From assembly GCA_004292705.1 (NCBI GenBank), contig RDXA01000335.1, forward strand, positions 1 to 33,099: a stretch of DNA of 33,099 nt, read 5' to 3'. Origin of the DNA: Sphingomonadales bacterium. Lineage in GTDB: Bacteria; Pseudomonadota; Alphaproteobacteria; Sphingomonadales; Sphingomonadaceae. Positions 26,085 to 33,099 of the stretch are shown here, piece by piece. The translations under genes were made by a program, and so were the position numbers. Numbering within the stretch: the first letter of the stretch is position 1; the number at the start of each line of letters is the position of its first letter. The notes under the pieces were generated by a model that saw nothing but the letters and a program-made list of their open reading frames with translations, was not told the origin of the DNA and ran no database searches.

Positions 26085-27989
26085 TCAGCGGGTCTTCACA
26101 TAGCGCCCCGGCGCGTCCTCGATGACAAGATCGCCCGCGCCGCCAGGCACACGTTTGCCCGCCCTCGGCACGCGGACATCGGACTGCCGGTGCAGCCATT
26201 CCAGCCAATGCGGCCACCAGCTGCCGGGATGCTCGGTTGCGCTCTCGACAAAGGCCTTCAACGAAGGTGCGGCAGAGTCGCCCACCCAATACTGGTATTT
26301 CCCCGCAGACGGCGGATTGACCACCCCCGCGATATGCCCCGAGCCTGCCAGCAGGAACTCCATCGGTCCGGTGAAGTGGCGGGTGATGCGCCACACGCTT
26401 TCGGCCGGGGCAATGTGATCATCGCGTCCGGCCTGCACGAAGCTCGGAGTGGCGACCTGCGTCAGATCGATCGGAGTGCCATCCGCTTCCAGCGCATCAG
26501 GCACCACCAGCTTGTTGTCGCGGTAGAGATCGCGCAAGTAGGCATTGTGCCATTTGGAGGGCAGGTTGGTGACGTCACCGTTCCAGTGAAGCAGATCGAA
26601 GGCGGGGTAATCCTCGCCCATCATGTAGTTGTTGACCACATAGTTCCAGATCAGATCACGCCCGCGCAGTGCGTTGAACGCGGCGGCGAGATAGCGCCCG
26701 TCAAGATAGCCCTGCTGCGACAGTTGCCCGATCATCTCGAGCTGGCCATCGTCGATGAAATTCTTGAGATCGCCGCTCTTCTCGAAATCGACCTGTGCGG
26801 TGAAGAAGGTGGCCGACTTGACCTTGTCCGCCTCGCCCCGGCGAGACAGGATCGCCAGCGTTGCCGCAAGCGTTGTCCCCGCAACACAATAGCCGATTGT
26901 GTGGACGGCGGGCACATCAAGCCGCGCGCGCACATGGTCGATCGCCTCCATCTGCGCGCGGATGTAATCGTCCCACACCACATCGGCCATGCTTTCATCC
27001 GCCGATTTCCAGCTGACCACAAACACCGAAATGCCCTGATCCACCGCCCACTTTATGAAGCTTTTCTTGGGCGTCAGATCGAGGATGTAAAAGCGGTTGA
27101 TCCACGGCGGGAAGATCACCAGCGGCACCTCAAGCACCTCGTCGGTGGTCGGCGAATACTGGATCAGCTGATAGAGCGGGGTCTCGAACACCACCTTGCC
27201 CGGTGTCGCGGCAAGGTTTTCGCCCAGCCGGAAGGCATTGGGGTCGGTATGGGTCAGTTGCCCGCGCTTGAGATCATTGATGAGGTGCTGCATCCCGCGC
27301 ACCAGATTTGCGCCTTTGGTGTCCATCGTGCGCTTCAGCACCACCGGATTGAGGGCGAGGAAGTTATCCGGGCTCATCGCCTCGGCGAGCGCCGTCACCG
27401 CGAATTCGAGCTGCTGACGCTTGCTCTTGTCGAGCCCGTCCATGCCCTTCACCGCTTGCCGGAAATAATCGGCCAGCATCAGGTAGGTCTGGTGGAGCAG
27501 CAGGAAAGCGGGATGGTCGCGCCAGGCTGGATCGGCAAAGCGCCGGTCGGACTTCGGCAAGGCAGCAGCTTCGGGCGCGGTGCCTGCCTTCCCGCCAGTC
27601 GCGCCGGCGGCAAAGCTCTGCATCACGCCTGACCACAGCTGCATCTGATCCTGCGCGAGCTTGGCCGAGGCCTCGAACATGCCCTTGGGCAATTGTCCGA
27701 GCATCGATTGCGAAATCACCAGCCACTGGGCCGGATCAAGCATAGTGGTGCCCTTGGCCGCCTTTTCGGCCGCTGCTCGCGCCTGATGGGTGGCAAATTC
27801 GAGCCATAGCTGCTGCAATTGCGCACCGGTGGCTGCCCATTCGGTCAGCTCGCCTGCGTCGATACCCTTGCCGAGCAGCGACTCGAGCCCCTTGCCGCCC
27901 AGCATGTCGCGCATCGCTTCGCCTTGCATGTCGAAGAAGCCCTGCAGCCCTTCGCCTGCCGCCGCCATCAGGTCGGTATCCTGTGCCAT
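26085..27989 (-). CDS. phaC: Class I polyhydroxyalkanoate synthase
   Basis: DRRF, ATPGKVVF, PPWINRFYILDL, lipase-like box GYCVAG (catalytic Cys), DDHIAP, SGHIAG, GSWWP and APGRYV. Confidence 0.96.
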   Translation of the reverse strand: MAQDTDLMAAAGEGLQGFFDMQGEAMRDMLGGKGLESLLGKGIDAGELTEWAATGAQLQQLWLEFATHQARAAAEKAAKGTTMLDPAQWLVISQSMLGQLPKGMFEASAKLAQDQMQLWSGVMQSFAAGATGGKAGTAPEAAALPKSDRRFADPAWRDHPAFLLLHQTYLMLADYFRQAVKGMDGLDKSKRQQLEFAVTALAEAMSPDNFLALNPVVLKRTMDTKGANLVRGMQHLINDLKRGQLTHTDPNAFRLGENLAATPGKVVFETPLYQLIQYSPTTDEVLEVPLVIFPPWINRFYILDLTPKKSFIKWAVDQGISVFVVSWKSADESMADVVWDDYIRAQMEAIDHVRARLDVPAVHTIGYCVAGTTLAATLAILSRRGEADKVKSATFFTAQVDFEKSGDLKNFIDDGQLEMIGQLSQQGYLDGRYLAAAFNALRGRDLIWNYVVNNYMMGEDYPAFDLLHWNGDVTNLPSKWHNAYLRDLYRDNKLVVPDALEADGTPIDLTQVATPSFVQAGRDDHIAPAESVWRITRHFTGPMEFLLAGSGHIAGVVNPPSAGKYQYWVGDSAAPSLKAFVESATEHPGSWWPHWLEWLHRQSDVRVPRAGKRVPGGAGDLVIEDAPGRYVKTR

Positions 27990-28149
27990 CGCCTCAACCT
28001 GTCCCTTTTTGAACGCGCTGTCATACCAGTGTCGCCAACGCGGCCAAGCCGCAATTGCCGAAAACGCCTTCCCACGATCCGCGGGTTTAGCCTAGGGAGA
28101 AGGCGCAGTGGTCTCATCAGACCCGCCAAAGACAAGGTGATGACACGCC

Positions 28150-29349
28150 ATGAATGACCAGTTCTATCGCATGAAGCGCATGCCTCCCTATGTGATCGCG
28201 GAGGTCAACGCCATGCGTCATGCCGCGAGGCTCGCTGGGCAGGACATCATCGATCTCGGCATGGGCAACCCTGACCAGCCCCCGCCCCAGCATGTCATCG
28301 ACAAGCTGTGCGAAGTCGCGGCCAAGCCCGATGCGCATGGCTATTCGCAATCGAAGGGCATCCCCGGCCTGCGCCGTGCCCAAGCTGGTTACTATGCCCG
28401 TCGATTTGGCGTCGAGCTCGATCCCGATAGCGAGGTCGTGGTGACCATGGGGTCGAAGGAGGGCCTCTCCAGCCTCGCCACCGCGATCATCGCGCCGGGC
28501 GATGTGGTGCTGGCACCCAACCCGTCCTACCCGATCCACACCTTCGGTTTCATCATCGCAGGCGCAACGATCCGTTCGGTGCCGACGACGCCCGATGAGC
28601 ATTACTGGGAATCGCTCGAACGGGCGATGAGCTACACTGTCCCGCGCCCGTCGGTGCTAGTGGTCAGCTACCCCTCCAACCCCACCGCCGAGACGGTCGA
28701 GCTGCCGTTCTACGAGCGGCTGGTGGCCTGGGCGAAGGAGAACCAGGTCTGGATCGTCAGCGATCTGGCCTATTCCGAGCTTTATTTCGACGGCAAGCCA
28801 ACGCGCTCGATCATGGAAGTGCCCGGCGCCAAGGACGTGGCGATCGAGTTCACCTCGATGTCCAAGACCTATTCGATGGCAGGCTGGCGGATGGGCTTTG
28901 CGGTCGGCAACACACAGCTGATCGCGGCGCTGACGCGGGTGAAGTCCTATCTCGATTACGGGGCCTTCACCCCGATTCAGGCGGCGGCCTGTGCCGCGCT
29001 CAATGGCCCGCAGGACATCATCGATACCAATCGCGAGCTCTATCACCGGCGCCGTGACGTGATGGTGGAGGCCTTCGGGCGCGCCGGATGGGACATCCCG
29101 CCGCCGCCCGCCTCGATGTTTGCTTGGGCACCGCTACCGCCCGCGCTCAAGGCGATGGGCAGTCTCGAGTTCTCCAAGCAGCTGCTGACCGAGGCGCAGG
29201 TCGCGGTCGCGCCCGGCGTGGGTTATGGCGAAAACGGCGAGGGCTATGTGCGCATCGCAATGGTCGAGAACGAACAGCGCCTTCGTCAGGCCGCGCGCAA
29301 CATCAAGCGCTATCTTCAATCGGTGGGGGTCAACAGTTCTGCCGCCTAG
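28150..29349 (+). CDS. PLP-dependent class I/II aminotransferase (AlaC-like; often annotated LL-DAP aminotransferase)
   Basis: IIDLGMGNPD, GSKEGL, YPSNPT, DLAY and SMSKTYSMAGWRMG (PLP lysine). Confidence 0.92.
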   Translation: MNDQFYRMKRMPPYVIAEVNAMRHAARLAGQDIIDLGMGNPDQPPPQHVIDKLCEVAAKPDAHGYSQSKGIPGLRRAQAGYYARRFGVELDPDSEVVVTMGSKEGLSSLATAIIAPGDVVLAPNPSYPIHTFGFIIAGATIRSVPTTPDEHYWESLERAMSYTVPRPSVLVVSYPSNPTAETVELPFYERLVAWAKENQVWIVSDLAYSELYFDGKPTRSIMEVPGAKDVAIEFTSMSKTYSMAGWRMGFAVGNTQLIAALTRVKSYLDYGAFTPIQAAACAALNGPQDIIDTNRELYHRRRDVMVEAFGRAGWDIPPPPASMFAWAPLPPALKAMGSLEFSKQLLTEAQVAVAPGVGYGENGEGYVRIAMVENEQRLRQAARNIKRYLQSVGVNSSAA

Positions 29350-29451
29350 GTTATTCGTCATGTCAGAAGGCTATCTCGTCCAATACGGGAGAATTCCTGT
29401 CCGATCTGCGTTAGTTCTCAGTTATTACGGGATGAACCGCTGAAGGAGAGC

Positions 29452-30105
29452 ATGATGGCGTCCGGAGCCGCGCGTCGGCTGACCGACAGGCAGCGCGCCG
29501 TAATGGAGCGCATTGACCGGCGCGTCCCGATCAAGGTGATCGCAGCCGAGCTTGGCGTGTCCGAAACCCGGATCAATCAACACATCCGCGCGCTGAAGGA
29601 CTTCTACGCTGCCTCGAGCCTCGGAGATCTGGTCGAGAATTACCGTGCCACCCTGCCCCCCGAAGCTGCACGCGTCGCCGCTGAAACCGACCTAGGTGAA
29701 ACGACGGATGCAGATTTGCTCAAGCCCTTCAGTGAACCTGCATACACAAATTCTCAGATTAACCTCGCTGCGGTTCCGGCTGATTTGGCCGGTCGGGACG
29801 ATCCTGGACGTCTGATCCTCAGCGATGCCATGCCGCTCATCGAACAGGCACCGTGGCTGAGATCGGGCGAACCCAAGGTGGTCCCCGGAGTGCTCGATGG
29901 TGAGCATGCCGTCCTGATGCGACTGGGAGCGATCGTCGGGATCGCTACGGGCATCCTGGCCTCGGTGATCCTCGCGATCACGGCTGCGATGACCCTCAGT
30001 GAGGCAACGGAAGGCAGGGCATACCTCTCCGTGGAAACTGGGGTCGTAGCCGGGGGAGCACCGGCTCCGCTGGAGACCAAGAATGGACAATCGTATTCTC
30101 GCTGA
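29452..30105 (+). CDS. LuxR-type HTH protein with a C-terminal transmembrane helix
   Basis: LTDRQRAVM...IKVIAAELGVSETRINQHI at the N-terminus; hydrophobic LGAIVGIATGILASVILAITAAMTL at about aa 158-182. AAGGAG RBS. Confidence 0.8.
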   Translation: MMASGAARRLTDRQRAVMERIDRRVPIKVIAAELGVSETRINQHIRALKDFYAASSLGDLVENYRATLPPEAARVAAETDLGETTDADLLKPFSEPAYTNSQINLAAVPADLAGRDDPGRLILSDAMPLIEQAPWLRSGEPKVVPGVLDGEHAVLMRLGAIVGIATGILASVILAITAAMTLSEATEGRAYLSVETGVVAGGAPAPLETKNGQSYSR

Positions 30106-30445
30106 CGCACACAATCTCAAGAAGCTGATCCGCGAAGCCGAGGCCCTCGCCGACGAGGCGATTATTGCGATGGCGCGGCTCAAGCAGGCAATGCTCGCCG
30201 CCCGCCAGAATCCGCTGGTCGAAGTGAACACCGGCCAGCGCGCGCTGGTTCGCCTGACCGAGGCCGAAAGCCAGGCGCTTGCCATGTCGAGCAATCTGCT
30301 GCGGGTGCACGATGAACTGAGCAAGGTTGCCCGCGTTCACGCCGGGGGCGATACGGGGGTGCCGACCGTGATCCCCCCGAGCGATCTTGACGTTTTGCCT
30401 GTCGGGCAGACGCGGGAGCAGGAACGGGAGCCGCTGCAAGCTTGA
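30083..30445 (+). CDS. Hypothetical small helical protein (120 aa)
   Basis: GGAG RBS, host-like codon use, overlaps the upstream stop. Ala/Leu-rich amphipathic helices followed by a Pro-rich tail. Confidence 0.8.
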   Translation: MDNRILADAHNLKKLIREAEALADEAIIAMARLKQAMLAARQNPLVEVNTGQRALVRLTEAESQALAMSSNLLRVHDELSKVARVHAGGDTGVPTVIPPSDLDVLPVGQTREQEREPLQA

Positions 30446-30449
30446 AGCG

Positions 30450-30956
30450 ATGACCGAATGGATCGAATTCCTGAACCTGTATCGGGTTTCCGCCCAGCAT
30501 CTGGTTGCTGCCCTGCTTGGAGCAGCGATCTGGCGCTGGGGCGGAAGCCCGGAGCGCTGGTCGATCGGCGTGTTCATCGCAACGATGGTGGCACCGTTCT
30601 ATCTCTTCGCATGGCTTGGACTCCAAGCCACGGGGGCCGAGCCCTATGCCGTTGTCTATACCATCATGGATGTGATCGCGGCTGCCATGTTCATCGCCAT
30701 CGCGCTCAAAGCCAACCGCAACTACCCGCTGTGGGTTGCCGGTTTCCAGTTGGTCGCACTGGGCGCGCACATGGTCAAGGCGACGGTCGATACGGTCTCG
30801 CCGCTGGCTTTTGTCATACTGGTCATCGGGCCGTCCTATTGCCAGTTGCTGGTGCTGCTCGGCGGATTTGTCCGCCACGTCCTGCGCGAACGCCGCTTCG
30901 GCACCTATCGCGACTGGCGGCAGCCTGTGGTCCTCGGAAGCAAACTGCCACTCTGA
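30450..30956 (+). CDS. Hypothetical membrane protein (168 aa, about 5 TM)
   Basis: ATG 4 nt after the previous stop. Hydrophobic segments with AIWRWGGSPER, MDV and ANRNYPLWVAGFQL motifs. Confidence 0.8.
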   Translation: MTEWIEFLNLYRVSAQHLVAALLGAAIWRWGGSPERWSIGVFIATMVAPFYLFAWLGLQATGAEPYAVVYTIMDVIAAAMFIAIALKANRNYPLWVAGFQLVALGAHMVKATVDTVSPLAFVILVIGPSYCQLLVLLGGFVRHVLRERRFGTYRDWRQPVVLGSKLPL

Positions 30957-31018
30957 CGACGCCGAGAGCGCTTCGTGCCTGATCGCGCCGCCCTCACACG
31001 TTGCCGGGAGTATGGCGC

Positions 31019-31441
31019 ATGCTGACGTCAGTGATTGCGCGGGCCGGGGATGACGCGGTTTCGCAGGAGGAGCGCGCCGCCGCGATGATCGGCTACCTGC
31101 GCAGCGTCGTTCTCGCGCCCCCGGCGCAGCACGAGCGCGGCCACGCGATCTTTGTCGACCGCCACCGCGCCTGGCTCGGCGATTGGCCGTGCGGGATCGG
31201 CACGATGAGTGCGCTCGCCTTCAGGATGCGGGCGCTGCTGGGAGAGGCGCTGCGCCACGATGCGGCCGGCATTATCCTCGCCCACAACCACCCCTCGGGC
31301 CATTGCCGACCGAGCGGCTGCGACATTGCTGCCACGCGGCACCTGGCCGAAATTGCGCGCGCGCTTGACATCGCGCTGATCGATCACCTGATTTTCACGA
31401 CCGACGCGGTCTATTCGATGCGCGCGGGGGGACTGCTGTGA
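31019..31441 (+). CDS. RadC-like JAB/MPN domain protein (JAB only)
   Basis: E...IILAHNHPSGHCRPSGCD..AT...DHLI JAMM motif. No HhH region. Confidence 0.88.
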   Translation: MLTSVIARAGDDAVSQEERAAAMIGYLRSVVLAPPAQHERGHAIFVDRHRAWLGDWPCGIGTMSALAFRMRALLGEALRHDAAGIILAHNHPSGHCRPSGCDIAATRHLAEIARALDIALIDHLIFTTDAVYSMRAGGLL

Positions 31442-31818
31442 ACGCACCGCTCCCATCGTGCCATTTCCCCGGCGGTGATGAGACCGTCCGGCGCTTCCGG
31501 GAGGCGGGAGACCTGACGCTGGACCTGTTTCACCGCGACGGCCGGGTTGACGATTACTGGCTCGGTCTCGACCCGCGCGAATTTGCGCTGCTGTGGCGCT
31601 TGGCCGAGCAGCCGGGCGAGCGCATCGCCGCCCGGCAATTGCTGGCCGAAGCCTGCCACGTGGCCTTCGAGCCGGAGAGCGAGGATTTCGCGGCGCACAT
31701 GGCGCAAGTGCAGGCCAAGCTTGCGGCCGCAGGGCTCGCACAACTGATCGGCACCGACGCCGAAGGCCGCCACTTTCTCATAGTGCCTCCACCTTATGAC
31801 CTGATGCCCATAACCTGA
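31438..31818 (+). CDS. OmpR-type winged-helix domain protein lacking a receiver domain
   Basis: GDLTLDL..., LDPREFALLWRLAEQPGERI...LL...HMAQVQAKL. GTGA overlap with the JAB gene. Confidence 0.75.
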   Translation: MNAPLPSCHFPGGDETVRRFREAGDLTLDLFHRDGRVDDYWLGLDPREFALLWRLAEQPGERIAARQLLAEACHVAFEPESEDFAAHMAQVQAKLAAAGLAQLIGTDAEGRHFLIVPPPYDLMPIT

Positions 31819-31904
31819 GCCGCGCCGACCGAAGCCGCTCTGGACAGGATGCGGCAGATCGGCCAATCTCAGGCTTCAATACAGCCTTGAGGGTTCAGAG
31901 CCGC

Positions 31905-32723
31905 ATGTCCGCCACCGCCACCATGATCGCCAATGACCGCGTCGCCATTGAACTGGACGAGGACGGCGTCGCAGACGTCCGCTTCGTGCGCGCCGAAAAG
32001 ATGAATGCGCTCGATCCGGAGATGTTTGAGCGCATCATCGAGGCTGGCATCACCCTCCAGCGGATGAAAGGCCTGCGCGCCGTGGTGCTCTCGGGCGAAG
32101 GCCGTGCTTTCTGCGCCGGGCTTGACCTGTCCAATTTCGCTCGCAAGCCCGCCGAGGACGAACCGGGCCTGACCGAGCGCACCCATGGCAATGCCAACCG
32201 CCCGCAGCAGGTGGCAATGCAGTGGAGGAAGCTGCCCGTGCCGGTGATCGCGGCGGTGCACGGCGTGTGCTTCGGCGGCGGCCTGCAGATCGCCAGCGGG
32301 GCGGATATCCGCGTGGTTCATCCCGAAACCCGCATGGCGATCATGGAGCTGAAGTGGGGCCTTGTCCCCGACATGGGCGGCTATGCGCTGTGGCGCGGGA
32401 TGGTGCGTGACGACGTGCTGCGCGAACTGATCTACACCAACCGCGAATTCACCGGGGCCGAAGCGCAGGCGCTTGGCCTCGCAACCTACGTGGACGATAA
32501 CCCGCGCGACCGCGCACTGGCGATCGCCCGCACCATCGCAAACAAGAACCCCCACGCGATCCGTGCCGCCAAGCGGTTGCAGGCGGGCATGTGGGAGCGC
32601 GAGACCGATGCGATCCTGCTGGAGGAAAGCATCGAGCAGCACGCCATCATGCGCAGCCGCAACCAGGTCGAAGCCGTGATGGCCGAAATGGAACGCAGGA
32701 AGCCCAATTTCGAGGACGTGTGA
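31905..32723 (+). CDS. Crotonase/enoyl-CoA hydratase family protein
   Basis: KMNALD, SGEGRAFCAGLDL, PVIAAVHGVCFGGGLQIA..ADIR and E.KWGLVPDMG. Confidence 0.93.
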   Translation: MSATATMIANDRVAIELDEDGVADVRFVRAEKMNALDPEMFERIIEAGITLQRMKGLRAVVLSGEGRAFCAGLDLSNFARKPAEDEPGLTERTHGNANRPQQVAMQWRKLPVPVIAAVHGVCFGGGLQIASGADIRVVHPETRMAIMELKWGLVPDMGGYALWRGMVRDDVLRELIYTNREFTGAEAQALGLATYVDDNPRDRALAIARTIANKNPHAIRAAKRLQAGMWERETDAILLEESIEQHAIMRSRNQVEAVMAEMERRKPNFEDV

Positions 32724-32753
32724 GGCGCCGTTCTGCCGGACCGATGCCAAGTT

Positions 32754-33099
32754 CTATTTCACGACGAAATCGAGCATTTCGAGCCACGCTGCTCGCGCTT
32801 TCAGCCATGATTGGTGGATCTTGATCATGGTAGGCTGCCCGCCAAACGCGGGCTGCTGCGCAAATGACTCTGAGATCGCGCGCACCTCGGTAAGAAAAGC
32901 CTGTCGCTTTTCCGGCGTCACCAGATGCAAATGCCCTAGCCGCGTGCGTAGCGGATCAAAGCCCATTCCAGCCGCGCGATCCGCATCCAGCAGCCAGACC
33001 TCCAAAGCCGCGCGTCCTTCAGCGGTGATCTGATAATCAATCCGCTGCCGCTTGCCCGCCGCAGCTGCGCTCGGCTCCAGCAAGCCGCGCGCGGCCAGC
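32754..33099 (-). CDS. PadR-like transcriptional regulator, 3' part (starts beyond the window end)
   Basis: Frame is open to the window edge: LAARGLLE...KRQRIDYQITAEGRAALEVWL matches the PadR wing motif Y.IT..GR..L..WL. Confidence 0.75.
   Translation of the reverse strand, partial: LAARGLLEPSAAAAGKRQRIDYQITAEGRAALEVWLLDADRAAGMGFDPLRTRLGHLHLVTPEKRQAFLTEVRAISESFAQQPAFGGQPTMIKIHQSWLKARAAWLEMLDFVVK

Noticed and set aside
18558-27632. Long opposite-strand ORFs (18558-20036, 21561-22826, 24967-26031, 25998-27632)
   Set aside because: They lie antisense to well-supported genes and have Arg/His/Gly-rich shadow composition.
29444-29450. LuxR-TM RBS (AGGAGAG) complementary to the phasin 3' UTR loop
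   Set aside because: A 7-nt match to a generic SD sequence is expected by chance and is not evidence of targeting.
29452-30956. Classical LuxI/LuxR or Agr quorum-sensing locus
   Set aside because: No autoinducer-binding domain, no LuxI, no kinase, and no recognisable AgrB or AgrD motifs. Any similarity is only an analogy.
31019-31441. RadC-like gene as a marker of a prophage or ICE
   Set aside because: No integrase, att repeats, tRNA or other mobile genes nearby, and composition is host-like.

Overview
GC-rich alphaproteobacterial chromosomal segment. Gene content points to Sphingomonadales, probably Erythrobacter/Porphyrobacter-like (inference). In order: a partial SDR gene; a Gtr-type glycosylation operon (GT2, SAM methyltransferase, GtrA, GT-C-like membrane protein); a TonB-dependent receptor; LOG and GNAT; thiD, DUF1272 and glmM; a dicarboxylate/amino acid symporter; Fe-SOD; a divergent DUF3775-like ORF; a complete general stress response locus (ecfG, nepR, CHASE-HWE kinase, phyR) with readable EcfG promoters and an unannotated EcfG-driven C-loop sRNA candidate; a probable sphingolipid cluster (bCerS/YghO-like acyltransferase, membrane desaturase, GNAT, lptG, lptF); DUF427; clpS; a phasin with a histone-like N-terminus and a structured CU-loop 3' RNA; phaC; an AlaC-like aminotransferase; an uncharacterised cassette (membrane-anchored LuxR-HTH, small helical protein, multi-TM protein, then a JAB-only and wHTH-only pair); a crotonase; and a partial PadR gene. 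I saw no tRNA, rRNA, CRISPR array or transposase. The best candidate for an undescribed system is the cassette at 29.45-31.8 kb. All family calls come from motif recognition by eye, not database searches.
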